Shown here: positions 26,882-36,785 of the stretch, piece after piece
Position numbering within the stretch: position 1 is the stretch's first letter
Layout: each line of letters starts with the position of its first letter
NCBI GenBank assembly: GCA_040219255.1
Contig: JAVJSW010000046.1
Span: 128,001 to 192,000 of the forward strand
DNA: 64,000 bases
Origin: Sumerlaeia bacterium
Lineage (GTDB): Bacteria; Sumerlaeota; Sumerlaeia; SLMS01; JAHLLQ01
Direction of reading: 5' to 3'
Notes under the pieces: generated by a model
What the model saw: the letters and a program-made list of their open reading frames with translations, nothing else
The model's database searches: none
What the model was told of the DNA's origin: nothing
Made by a program: the position numbers and the translations under genes

Positions 26882-29677
26882 CTACTCGAAAGCCTCCCAG
26901 TCTGTCACCGAGCTGGTTTGGAAGCCCATGAACTTCTTGCACTTCAGCTCCGTCTCCGTCGCCAGCGTGTTGCCCTGACTGTCCGTTACCGTCTGGGAAA
27001 CGGTCAGGATATAGCTCTGGCCAGGGTTTTGAGGCGCCGTGGTCAAGACCACGCTGTCGCCCGCGATCCCGTCGACACTCAACACATCGACCGTGGCAGG
27101 GCCTTTCGAGCCCTTGATGGAGGCGACGATGGAGAAGGCGTCCGGATTGAGCACGGAGCCGGGGCCGCCTTGCGCCATCGCGGAGTCGAAGGTGACGCGC
27201 ACTTCCGTCGGGGAAAGCGCAACGGCATCCAGGAGCGTGGGGACATTGAGCACTTCCACGGTCAGATCGTGGCTTGTGGAGGCGGCGGGCGAGCCGTCGT
27301 CCGTGGCCGTCACCGTGAGCAGCCAGGAGCCCTGGGAGTGGAAATCGGGAGCGAGCGCCATACTCGCGGTCGCCGGATTTCCGGCGGAGGCTCCGCCGAT
27401 GGAAGCGAAGTCCGGCGCCCCGGTGGTCGAAAACGTCAGTTGCTCGGGCAGGTTGCCGTCGCTGGCGGAAAGCAGCGTCTCCGTCGTCTCGCCTTCCTTC
27501 AACGTCAGCGACGCGGGAAGCGCGTTCAGCACGGGAGCGAGGTTGTTCACGAAGACGGCGTTGGACAGGGTCGCACTCTGTCCGTCCGGATTGGAAACAA
27601 TCATGTCATAGAAGCCGGAGCGCACGCCCGTCAGGTCCGCTTCGCCGGCGAGCAGGCGCGGGGAGCCCGCCTCGCCCTCGCAGAGAATGACGTCGCCGCT
27701 GACGCTATGCACCAGGGTGACTTGAGCCCCGAGCTGAAAGCCGCCGCCGCTGGCTTCGATGACCGCTTTCCCGTTGGGATCGTAAGAGGGAGCGACGGCG
27801 GGAGGCAGAGACGGCGCGGGCGCGGCGGCGTCCTCTTGGCCAGAGACGATCAGCGAAAACCACTGCTCGCCATAGGCCAGGGTGCCTTTGTGGCTGACCT
27901 GGATCGTGTAGGCGCCCGCTGGCGCGGAGAGGGCCGCGATGCGGACTTGTTCCACGTTATCGACGACGTTATCGCCAGTCGTGGCCAGGGCCCCAGGGTC
28001 GCTCTTGTCGAGGCGATAGGGATAGTAGGTGGTGGAGCCGGGGCCCACGATGCGCAAGTCCAGGTCGTGGACGAGAGCCGGAGTGGGGTTGTCCACCATG
28101 GTCATGAGCTTGGGCGAGGGCGGATCGGTCCAGACGATGGTTGCCCGCAGTTCGGAGGTCCCATCCCAGTCCACCGCGAAGGCGCTCTGCGGATTGGCGG
28201 GCTCCAGCAAGTCCTCCACAATGCCGTTCGCCCCGGGAGAGAGGCTGAAGCTGGTTACCTGATCCAGCGCGTTGATGGCGTCCACGTGTCCCCAACCGGA
28301 TTTGTAGTCGGGGCCGGCATTGCCGACGTCGTAGGCGCTGTGGAGAAGGATCGCTTTGAGAGTGCTGGCGCGAACCCATGTGCCATCGAGCAGCTCTTCG
28401 ATTTTTTGCAGCACCAGCATGGCCACACCGGCCACGCTGGGAGAGGAAAACGACGTGCCGTTGGACGTGCCGGAGGAATAGGACGCGTCGTCGATCGCGA
28501 CCGCGAGGACCACCTTGTAGCCGTTGGCCGTGATGTCGGGTTTGATGCGCCCGTCGTCGACCGGCCCCCAGCCGGAGAAGCTTGTGAAGGCGGCGGCGGA
28601 GAAATCGCGCTCGCCGGCCGTCACCGCATCGGTCATGGCGCCGACGGCGAGGATGTTCTTGGCGCTCGCCTCCTCGATCAAAGTGTCCCAGTTGTTGTCG
28701 TACTTGTCGTCGTAAGGGGCCTCGCCCACCACGTAGGGTTCGGGACCGGTCCATTGGGTCCCATTCCAGTAGAAGAAGGTGCCGGTGCTCTTGCTGCCCT
28801 TGTAGTTGTCGCTGCGGTCGTTACCCGCCGAGCGCACGTGGAGATAGTATGGCGCTTCGTATGCCAGGGTGTCCCAGAAGACCGAATTGTCGCCGTAGCC
28901 GCCGAAACCCATGTCTTCGCGATTGCCGGCGCCGCCCGGCAGCCAGCCTTCGCCGACCCAGTACCAGCCATAGCCGCCGCCGAGATTCGTCTGAGTCGTG
29001 ATCCAGCCGCGGAAGTCGCCGTAGGAGTGGTTCGAAACCCTGAGCTTCATCGTGTCGGTGGTCGAGGTGGCGGCGTTGGCGAGAGCCTCGGGTTCGTCGA
29101 AATCGTAGCAGAAGCTGCGGAGCAGGCCCTGCGGCGCCATGCCGAGAGCGGCGCTGTTGGCTCCGGCGGCGATCATGACGCCCGCGGTCGCCGTGGCGTG
29201 GTGGCCCGGCATGGTGATGGAGTCGCCGAGGGTCACGCGAACGCCAGACGGCCCGGCGAATTCCTGATGCGTCAGCAGGGGCACATACTGATCCCAATGG
29301 CCCCCGATGATTCCTTCCCCTTGCGCATGATACGGCGCCTGGTGGACGAGGTTGGCCCCGGCGGAAATGGCGACGTTCGCCGAGAGGGGTTGATAGAAAA
29401 CCGGTTTGCCGGTGGGGGAGAGCCGCTGGAGGTCGGCCCGCACCTGAAGGCCGCCATAGTCGAGGTAGGCGGTGGCGGGGAGGACGTTATTTTTCGTGCG
29501 GCGGTGGGCGGCTTTCGTCAGTTCGATGCTTTGGGCGGCCAGTTCGGCGGCCGAGGGAGACGGGGATCTGGACAATCCGGAGACAGGTAAGCCGAGAATT
29601 GTTAGGAGAATGCAGGTGCCTTCAATGGAATGGGAAGCCAATCTCGCAACCGGAGACTTCGTGATGGCTTGTGACAT
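26882..29677 (-). CDS. Secreted S8 (subtilisin-like) serine peptidase with C-terminal Ig-like domains
   Basis: HWD (Asp), HHATATAG (His), SAGNDR, GTSFSSP (Ser), GRIKPDITA, LVHDLDL, DNVEQV; ends TSSVTDWEAFE. Confidence 0.92.
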   Translation of the reverse strand: MSQAITKSPVARLASHSIEGTCILLTILGLPVSGLSRSPSPSAAELAAQSIELTKAAHRRTKNNVLPATAYLDYGGLQVRADLQRLSPTGKPVFYQPLSANVAISAGANLVHQAPYHAQGEGIIGGHWDQYVPLLTHQEFAGPSGVRVTLGDSITMPGHHATATAGVMIAAGANSAALGMAPQGLLRSFCYDFDEPEALANAATSTTDTMKLRVSNHSYGDFRGWITTQTNLGGGYGWYWVGEGWLPGGAGNREDMGFGGYGDNSVFWDTLAYEAPYYLHVRSAGNDRSDNYKGSKSTGTFFYWNGTQWTGPEPYVVGEAPYDDKYDNNWDTLIEEASAKNILAVGAMTDAVTAGERDFSAAAFTSFSGWGPVDDGRIKPDITANGYKVVLAVAIDDASYSSGTSNGTSFSSPSVAGVAMLVLQKIEELLDGTWVRASTLKAILLHSAYDVGNAGPDYKSGWGHVDAINALDQVTSFSLSPGANGIVEDLLEPANPQSAFAVDWDGTSELRATIVWTDPPSPKLMTMVDNPTPALVHDLDLRIVGPGSTTYYPYRLDKSDPGALATTGDNVVDNVEQVRIAALSAPAGAYTIQVSHKGTLAYGEQWFSLIVSGQEDAAAPAPSLPPAVAPSYDPNGKAVIEASGGGFQLGAQVTLVHSVSGDVILCEGEAGSPRLLAGEADLTGVRSGFYDMIVSNPDGQSATLSNAVFVNNLAPVLNALPASLTLKEGETTETLLSASDGNLPEQLTFSTTGAPDFASIGGASAGNPATASMALAPDFHSQGSWLLTVTATDDGSPAASTSHDLTVEVLNVPTLLDAVALSPTEVRVTFDSAMAQGGPGSVLNPDAFSIVASIKGSKGPATVDVLSVDGIAGDSVVLTTAPQNPGQSYILTVSQTVTDSQGNTLATETELKCKKFMGFQTSSVTDWEAFE

Positions 29678-29774
29678 GATGAGTTTAACCCCTCATCTTC
29701 TTTTTCGAGCGATACGCCTACGTGGCGGAGACAAAACTTACAAGTGTAAAACGGAGGCATGAGCGAAAAATCGT

Positions 29775-31124
29775 ATGTCAACTATCTCAAATATCCCATC
29801 TGATTCGAATTTAGACCGGGCTCGAAAATTCGTCGATAAAGACGCCGCCGTGGCTGTTATTGGACTCGGGTACATCGGCTTGCCGCTGGCCATTCTGTTC
29901 CATTCCGCCGGGTTCGACGTCGTTGGCGTGGATACCGACCCAGCAAAAATCGTGGCTCTCAACGCCGGCCGTTCCTACATCCAGTACATTCCAAATGAGC
30001 CACTCCAACGCCTCGCTCAATCGGAAAAGTTTACTCCGACACCGGATCATCGTCAAGTCTCCCGCTGCGACGCGATCATCCTGTGTGTACCGACGCCGCT
30101 GACGCCCAACCGCGAGCCCGATCTGCGGTTCATCACTCAGACCGCGGAGGCCATCGCCCCCCATCTCAAGCGCGGCGCCCTCGTCTCCCTCGAATCGACC
30201 ACTTATCCCGGAACCACCGACGACGTGCTGATCCCGATTCTGGAGAAGGGCAGCGGCATGAAAGCCGGCGTGGACTTCCTGGTGGCCTACTCACCCGAGC
30301 GCGAGGATCCCAACAACCCGGACTTCTCCACCTCGCGCATTCCCAAGGTCGTCGGCGCCCTGAACGAGGAAAGCCTCGCCGCCGCCTGCGCCCTCTACTC
30401 CGCCGTCGTCGAACGCGTCGTACCCGTCTCGTCCTGCGCCACGGCGGAAGCCGCCAAACTGGTCGAGAACATTTTCCGCAGCGTCAACATCGCCATGGTG
30501 AACGAACTCAAGCTGGTCTTCGAGCGCCTGGGCATCGACATCTGGGAAGTGATCGACGCGGCCAAGACCAAGCCTTTCGGCTACATGCCGTTCTATCCCG
30601 GGCCGGGTCTGGGCGGGCATTGCATCCCCATCGATCCGTTTTATCTGACTTGGAAAGCCCGCGAGGTCGATCTGCCGACGAAGTTCATCGAACTGGCCGG
30701 CGAGATCAATTCGACCATGCCCTACTATGTGGTCCAGCGCACCGCCGACGCCCTCAACACGATGAGCAAGCCGCTCAAGGGCAGCCGGATTCTCCTGGTG
30801 GGCATCGCCTACAAGAAGGACGTGGACGACGTGCGGGAGAGCCCGGGGCTGAAACTGATCGAACTCTTCGAGGAGAAGGGCGCCCTGGTGGACTTTCACG
30901 ACCCGCATGTGCCGGCCATTCCGCCGACGCGGCGGCACGCGGCGCTCACCGGCCGGGAAAGCGTTTCCTTGGATGAGGCGTCCGGCGCGGACGCAGTGGT
31001 GATCTGCACCAACCACAGCCGCATCGATTATGGGAAGTTGGCCAATGACGCGGTTTTGATCGTGGACACCAGGAACGCGCTTGCGGGCGTTGGGAAGGCT
31101 CGGTCAAAGGTCTGGAAAGCCTGA
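29775..31124 (+). CDS. Nucleotide-sugar dehydrogenase (WbpA/WecC-like)
   Basis: IGLGYIGLPLA, CVPTPL, ESTTYPGTT, SPEREDP, PGPGLGGHCIPIDP, AYKKDVDDVRESP. Confidence 0.93.
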   Translation: MSTISNIPSDSNLDRARKFVDKDAAVAVIGLGYIGLPLAILFHSAGFDVVGVDTDPAKIVALNAGRSYIQYIPNEPLQRLAQSEKFTPTPDHRQVSRCDAIILCVPTPLTPNREPDLRFITQTAEAIAPHLKRGALVSLESTTYPGTTDDVLIPILEKGSGMKAGVDFLVAYSPEREDPNNPDFSTSRIPKVVGALNEESLAAACALYSAVVERVVPVSSCATAEAAKLVENIFRSVNIAMVNELKLVFERLGIDIWEVIDAAKTKPFGYMPFYPGPGLGGHCIPIDPFYLTWKAREVDLPTKFIELAGEINSTMPYYVVQRTADALNTMSKPLKGSRILLVGIAYKKDVDDVRESPGLKLIELFEEKGALVDFHDPHVPAIPPTRRHAALTGRESVSLDEASGADAVVICTNHSRIDYGKLANDAVLIVDTRNALAGVGKARSKVWKA

Positions 31125-31200
31125 ACGCACGCGTTCCACGCGGCCCGCAGGTGGCCGGCGCGTTCGGCGAACTCGATCAGGAGCAGACCGACAGACTGCT

Positions 31201-32211
31201 ATGAACATTCTCGTTACCGGTGCCGCGGGTTTCATCGGCTACCACCTCTGCGAAGCCTTGCTGGCCGAGGGCCATCGCGTCGTGGGCGTCGATTCCTTCA
31301 ACGACTACTACGCTCCGCTGCTGAAAACCCGGCGCCACGCCCAGCTCGAAGGCCGCGACGGCTACCGCGGGGTGAAGCTGGACGTGGCGGAGTACGAGCC
31401 GCTGCGGGCGCTGGTGCGGGATGAGAGCATCGAACTGATCTGCCACCTGGCCGCCCAGGCCGGCGTGCGCTATTCCCTGGAAAACCCCTTCGCCTACCAG
31501 CAGGCCAACCTCCAGGGCTTCCTCAACATCCTGGAAACCTGCCGCCATGAAGGCATCGAGCGCCTCGTCTATGCCTCCAGTTCGAGCGTCTACGGCGGGA
31601 ACGAAAAGCTGCCCTTCAGCGAAACCGACGACGTTGGCCGGCCCGTCAGCCTCTACGCCGCCACCAAACGCAGCAACGAACTGATGGCCCACTGCTACAC
31701 GCACCTTTACAAATTCCAGACGGTGGGCCTGCGATTCTTCACAGTCTACGGGCCCTGGGGCCGGCCCGACATGGCCTATTGGCTCTTTACCGAGGCGATC
31801 AGCGACGGCCGGCCGATCTCGGTCTTCAACCACGGCAAGATGATGCGCGACTTCACTTATGTGGACGACATCGTGGCGGGCGTGAAGGCGAGTCTGTTCG
31901 CCGGCTCGCTCGACAGGCACGAAATTCTCAACCTGGGCAACCACCAGAGTGAGCCGCTGCCGGAACTCATCGAAGCGATCGCGGCGGAATTGGGAGTTGA
32001 GCCTGTGATGGAGTACAAGCCGATGCAGCCGGGCGATGTGCCCGCAACCTACGCCGATATTGACCGTGCTAAAAGTAAACTTGGTTTCGAGCCGAAAACC
32101 CGGCTGCGAGACGGCATTCGGGCATTCATCGATTGGTATAAAACGCACCCCGAGATTGCGACAGCGGTAAAGGAATCCCGCCATCCCGCTGGGACCGGCG
32201 CCGCGAGCTGA
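31201..32211 (+). CDS. UDP-glucuronate 4-epimerase-like NAD-dependent epimerase
   Basis: TGAAGFIGYH, HLAAQAGVRYSLENP, YAATKRSNE, FFTVYGPWGRPDMA, PMQPGDV. Confidence 0.93.
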   Translation: MNILVTGAAGFIGYHLCEALLAEGHRVVGVDSFNDYYAPLLKTRRHAQLEGRDGYRGVKLDVAEYEPLRALVRDESIELICHLAAQAGVRYSLENPFAYQQANLQGFLNILETCRHEGIERLVYASSSSVYGGNEKLPFSETDDVGRPVSLYAATKRSNELMAHCYTHLYKFQTVGLRFFTVYGPWGRPDMAYWLFTEAISDGRPISVFNHGKMMRDFTYVDDIVAGVKASLFAGSLDRHEILNLGNHQSEPLPELIEAIAAELGVEPVMEYKPMQPGDVPATYADIDRAKSKLGFEPKTRLRDGIRAFIDWYKTHPEIATAVKESRHPAGTGAAS

Positions 32212-32494
32212 AAGGCGGAACCCGGTTTGGACCGCGAAGGGCCCCAATCGGGTAAAATCCTTTAGCCCGGACCTTTTTTTTCGTTCAAGAAATCCTTGCG
32301 GCGGAAGGGCCTTTGAGCCAGAGCGTAGGGCAACGTACTAGTTATCTTAGTAACCATTGTGGCAAAAACCAAGTCCCCGCGGTGGGACGCCCCGTAGGCA
32401 CAGCACCGCACCTCCGAGACCAAGAGAACGACAAAGGCCCTCCCGCACCCTCACGCTGTATAAACCCTAGCTTAGTAACCAAGGTAGTCGACCA

Positions 32495-33829
32495 ATGAGA
32501 TTTCTTTTTATCAATCAGTACTACTCACCCGATTACGCCGCCACGGCTCAGCAACTCAGCGACCTCTGCGAGTCCATCGCCGAGGCGGGTCACGAGGTGC
32601 ATGTGCTCACCAGCCGCGCCCTTTACGATGGACGCGACATTGAGCTGCCCGCCGAGGAAGTCCTCAATGGCGTCCACGTTCACCGCGTCGGTCTCTCCAA
32701 CAAGGGCCGGAACAGCCTGCGCGACCGCCTCATCGGTTATCTCTCCTTCTACGTCCGCGCATTCACCAAAGCCCACTTCCTCCCCCGGGCGGACGTGGTG
32801 GTGACGCTGACCACACCGCCAATGATTTCCCTGTTGGGAACCTGGCTGCGCGTGCTGCGCAAGTCCCGCTTCGTGTACTGGGTGATGGACATTTACCCGG
32901 ACATCGCGCTCAACGCCGGCGTTCTTTCGCGCGTCGGGCCGACCCGCGGCATCTGGTCCGCTCTCGGCCGCATCAGCTACCTGACGGCGAACCGCGTGGT
33001 GGTTCTCGGCAGCGACATGAAGCGCATCCTGTCCAAGAAGGGTGTGCGCGAAAGCAAGATCGACGTGGTCCAAAGCTGGTTCTGCGCCGAAGATATCCGT
33101 CCCGTCCCCGCCTGCGAGAACGGCTTCCGCAAGGAATTCTGCGACGGAAAAGATTTTACCCTGATGTATTCCGGCAACATGGGAACGTGCCATACGTTCA
33201 GGAGCGTCGCCGAGGGCATCCAGTTGCTCGAGGAGCGGAACGGCGACGACCGCAGCACCCAATTCCTCTTCGTCGGCGGCGGCAAGAAAAAGCCTTGGCT
33301 CATGGAGCAGCTCGGCAAGCTGACCGAGCGCGTGAAGTTCCTGCCCTATCAGGACCGCTCCGAACTCGACAAGTCCCTGACGGCTCCCGACGCGCACCTC
33401 ATCACGCTCGAGCCCAAGTACGACGGCCTCCTGGTTCCCAGCAAACTCTACGGCATCATGGCGGCCGGCAGAGCGGTCCTCTTCGTGGGCAGCGACAACA
33501 ACGAAGTCGCCCGGATTCTTCGCGAGTCCCGCTGTGGCGTCCGCGTCGATCCGGACAACGCGGAAGCCTTCGCCGCCGCTGTGCGCGAATTGGCCTCCGA
33601 TCCAGACGAGACCCGCGCCATGGGCGAGCGCGGCCGCGCCTACTTCGAACGGCACTTCGAGCGTCGTTGGGCTTGCGAGCGCTTCCTGCGCATGCTGGAA
33701 GACGAAGCCCGCCGCCCTGGCGTCCGTGGCGTCCGTTCCCTGGCCCATCACGCTGTTCGCCGCGTGGTCAACGGTCCTGGCTACCGCGACAGCGGCATGC
33801 CAGAGAAGGTCCTCGAATCGGCCAAGTGA
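32495..33829 (+). CDS. GT4 family glycosyltransferase (WcaI/WbuB-like)
   Basis: FINQYYSPD, WVMDIYPD, MYSGNMG, FLPYQ, VPSKLYGIMAAGR. Confidence 0.9.
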   Translation: MRFLFINQYYSPDYAATAQQLSDLCESIAEAGHEVHVLTSRALYDGRDIELPAEEVLNGVHVHRVGLSNKGRNSLRDRLIGYLSFYVRAFTKAHFLPRADVVVTLTTPPMISLLGTWLRVLRKSRFVYWVMDIYPDIALNAGVLSRVGPTRGIWSALGRISYLTANRVVVLGSDMKRILSKKGVRESKIDVVQSWFCAEDIRPVPACENGFRKEFCDGKDFTLMYSGNMGTCHTFRSVAEGIQLLEERNGDDRSTQFLFVGGGKKKPWLMEQLGKLTERVKFLPYQDRSELDKSLTAPDAHLITLEPKYDGLLVPSKLYGIMAAGRAVLFVGSDNNEVARILRESRCGVRVDPDNAEAFAAAVRELASDPDETRAMGERGRAYFERHFERRWACERFLRMLEDEARRPGVRGVRSLAHHAVRRVVNGPGYRDSGMPEKVLESAK

Positions 33830-33882
33830 GGCTGGGCTCCCCGCCCTGCTCCCTCCGCTAAACCACGGAAACCCAGTGACCA

Positions 33883-35214
33883 TTGAATTCTGAAGCGAAC
33901 GACCCGCCATCCGGCCTCCTGATTTGGACCCACCGTGTGGCGGGTCTCTTTTTGTGCGTCCTCATCGCCGCTCTGGCGATCTGGGCCTGGCGCAACGAAC
34001 GAAGCCGGGAGGAGTGGCGGTCTCGGGAAGCCGACCCGGAGTCGTTGGTGGCAACCGCGGATGCGCCTTTCCCCACCGGCTCCATCGCCATGGTGCGGGC
34101 GCGTTTTCTTCTCCAGTCGGCCTTTCCGCCCCGCCCTCGCGAAGCCAAGCAGGCCATCGCCCGCGCCATCGAACTCGACCCGCTGAACTCCTCCTATTGG
34201 CAGGAACTGGCCGAAGCCCACATTCTTCTCGGCGAGGACGAGGAGGCGCGGGCGGCCCTGCTTCGCTCCGATGAGCTGGACCCGAACTTCCCCGCTCAGC
34301 GCCTCAATTCGATTCGCCTCTGGCAAATTCTCGGCGAGGAAGAACGCTCGCGCGTCCTCGCGGTGCACGTCGGATTGCTGGGCGACCAATTCCTCAAGGG
34401 CGCCCTTCGCGAAATGGTCGGACTCGGCTATTCATTCTCCGAAGTATGGGACCTCTTCGCGAGCCACGAAGGCTTCGCCGGAAAGGAAGCGGAGTTGGTC
34501 TACGCCATGCGCGAGGTCGCCCTGTCGCCCGCACTCGCCAAGGAACTCAACCGCCTCATCGCCGCCCTGCCGGACAGCGTTCTCTCCGATCCACGGCACC
34601 AGGACGAACTGTGGAAATTCATCCAGAAACCGATGGTTTTCGAAGCCGCCGCGCGCTTCTGGCGCCTGGCGGATTTCGCGGTGGTGGATCGGGGCGGGGT
34701 CCTGGTCTCCAACGCGGGCCTGGAGGGCGATCCCCTCAAGCGTCCCGGCGGCCGATTCGGCTGGGGATGGCCCAAGGAAAGTTTCAGCGTCGACCTCGCC
34801 TGGCGCGAGGCCGTGCAGGGGCGCTCAGGCGTCATGGCGGTCACCTTCTCGCCCGAGAAGCAAAAGGCGGAAAGCTGGCGCTTCTATACGACGCCGGTGG
34901 CCGCGGGGACCACTTTCACGGTCACTGTGCCGGTCCTCCAGGACCCGGCGGAGGCCTCGCTGCTGCGGCTCACAACCCAGCGCGAACCCAAACCCCTGGA
35001 GCGCGAAGCGCATTACCACGCCATTCTCGGTCAGTGGCAGGACCTCGTCCTGACCTTCCCCGCTCGGCCCGAGGATTACCTTCTCGAACTGACGATGGAG
35101 CGAAAGCCCCGGCTCGGCTTTCCCCTGCGCGTCGATTCCACGGTCTTTATCGACGGTCTGACGATTCGAACGGCCGATTCCTCCAGCACAGCGACATTGA
35201 CCGTTCATGACTAG
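33883..35214 (+). CDS. Membrane-anchored TPR protein with C-terminal beta-rich domain
   Basis: N-terminal TM; AIELDPLNSSYWQELA TPR-like repeats; FGWGW before a beta-rich region; start uncertain. Confidence 0.7.
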   Translation: MNSEANDPPSGLLIWTHRVAGLFLCVLIAALAIWAWRNERSREEWRSREADPESLVATADAPFPTGSIAMVRARFLLQSAFPPRPREAKQAIARAIELDPLNSSYWQELAEAHILLGEDEEARAALLRSDELDPNFPAQRLNSIRLWQILGEEERSRVLAVHVGLLGDQFLKGALREMVGLGYSFSEVWDLFASHEGFAGKEAELVYAMREVALSPALAKELNRLIAALPDSVLSDPRHQDELWKFIQKPMVFEAAARFWRLADFAVVDRGGVLVSNAGLEGDPLKRPGGRFGWGWPKESFSVDLAWREAVQGRSGVMAVTFSPEKQKAESWRFYTTPVAAGTTFTVTVPVLQDPAEASLLRLTTQREPKPLEREAHYHAILGQWQDLVLTFPARPEDYLLELTMERKPRLGFPLRVDSTVFIDGLTIRTADSSSTATLTVHD

Positions 35215-36739
35215 CCAAGCCGCCCCCGAAGTTCAACGGGCCGAAACCATTGATGAATCCCACCGCTCCAAGAGACGGCGCCGCCGGCGCCCCGCCTCGC
35301 CTTACATCGGGCCTTTGACGCTCTGGACACCGCTCGATCTGCTGGCGGAACTGGCCGTCCTTGCGATCTTTCTGTTTGGATTGGGCAACTACGGGTACGT
35401 TCAGAAGGACTCGCTCTGGAACGTGACGATCGTTCTGTGCGTCCTGCTGGGCCTATATGGCGCCGCCCGTCTCGCGACGGGGGCTTTGCTTGGCGGGAAA
35501 TACCGGGGCCTCCGCCGTGGGCTCCTTGTGCTCGGCGTGGCCCTTGCCTGGTTCGGCTTTCAATTGATCCCGCTGCCGGCGGGCTTGACCTCTTCGCTTT
35601 CGCCGGTCTGGCGCGAAACGCTCATGGCCCTCGGGCAAGCCGGCCTGCCGGTTCCCGACGCGGTGCCGCTAGCGCATTATCCCTCAAAGGCTTTCCGCTC
35701 CTGGACCCAACTGGCGATCCAAGGCGCGTTTTTCCTGGGTGTCTGCGGGCTCGTCTCGGGTGGCGGCCGCGCCTCGGCATTCCGCCTCGCCGCCATGGTG
35801 GCGGGCCTTTCTCTGCTCGAAGGCATCTGGGGCCTGCTGCGGTTTTTCTCGGCGGACGCCAGTCTGGCTTACGGCGCGCTGTTCAATCCGAACCATCATG
35901 CGCTGCTCAGTCTCCTGGGTCTGCCCTTGTGGCTCGGGATTTTGTCAGTTCTGAAAGAAACGAATCGCTCCTTCAGCGGACCCATTCTGTCCGGTTCGAA
36001 TCCACTCCTGCTGCTGCACGCGGCGGGGGCCTGCGCCTTCCTGGGGGCGATCGCGTCGTTCTCGCGCGGCGCCTTGGTGGATGGCACGATCGTGCTCTGC
36101 TGGATTGGATGGGAACTCACCCGGCGCGGAGGGGAACGGTTTATCGAGCCTGGGGAAAACCCATTCCGTATGCCATTGACAGTGCGGCGGGTGGCGCTCA
36201 CGCTTGTGGTCATGTTCGCCCTTCTCTCGCTATTTCCCCTGTCCTTCTTGATCGATGGCTTCCGAGGCCAGTCCTGGGAGTCGGACGCGGCTGGCACTGG
36301 CCGGCTTGGCCTGTGGCGTGCTACATTCACGGCGCTCGGTGAGTCGCCACTGACAGGACTGGGCTTAGGCGGGACAGAGCGTGCACTGACGCGACTGGCC
36401 GAGACCGCGACGAACAAGACCGCGGTTTACTCGCACGGCGATTACTTTCAGTGGCTGGCGGAATCGGGCGTTCCCGCCTTTCTGACACTTGTCCTCGGCG
36501 CCTTCTGGGCGCTCTGGGGATGGTTGAAAAGCGGGTTGCCGTTGTACGGCAAAACGACGCGGGACTATCAAGTGCTCGAACGGGGCGTCCTCATCGCCCT
36601 CGCCGTTTGCTTGCTTCACGCGGCGTTCGACTTTCACCTGCGCATTCCCCTCGTGGGATTCGCCTTCCTCGTGGTTCTGGCCATCGGTCTGAGCCACGCA
36701 TTCTTGACGCCGAGGCCTGGCAACCAAGCGCACCACTGA
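35207..36739 (+). CDS. O-antigen ligase/Wzy-like polymerase
   Basis: FQLIPLP, FNPNHHA, SFSRGA, R..LW, PLTGLGLG, HGDYFQWLAESG, HAAFDFHLRIP. Confidence 0.85.
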   Translation: MTSQAAPEVQRAETIDESHRSKRRRRRRPASPYIGPLTLWTPLDLLAELAVLAIFLFGLGNYGYVQKDSLWNVTIVLCVLLGLYGAARLATGALLGGKYRGLRRGLLVLGVALAWFGFQLIPLPAGLTSSLSPVWRETLMALGQAGLPVPDAVPLAHYPSKAFRSWTQLAIQGAFFLGVCGLVSGGGRASAFRLAAMVAGLSLLEGIWGLLRFFSADASLAYGALFNPNHHALLSLLGLPLWLGILSVLKETNRSFSGPILSGSNPLLLLHAAGACAFLGAIASFSRGALVDGTIVLCWIGWELTRRGGERFIEPGENPFRMPLTVRRVALTLVVMFALLSLFPLSFLIDGFRGQSWESDAAGTGRLGLWRATFTALGESPLTGLGLGGTERALTRLAETATNKTAVYSHGDYFQWLAESGVPAFLTLVLGAFWALWGWLKSGLPLYGKTTRDYQVLERGVLIALAVCLLHAAFDFHLRIPLVGFAFLVVLAIGLSHAFLTPRPGNQAHH

Positions 36740-36785
36740 TTTTCTTTTGCCCTTCACTCCCTTTTTTTTCAGAGGAACATCGAGG

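Noticed and set aside
26378-29590. 1070-aa plus-strand ORF and other long antisense ORFs (e.g. 54520-56970, 37975-40008, 24087-25832, 17974-19650)
   Set aside because: Shadow frames opposite well-supported genes, typical of high-GC codon bias, with no protein motifs
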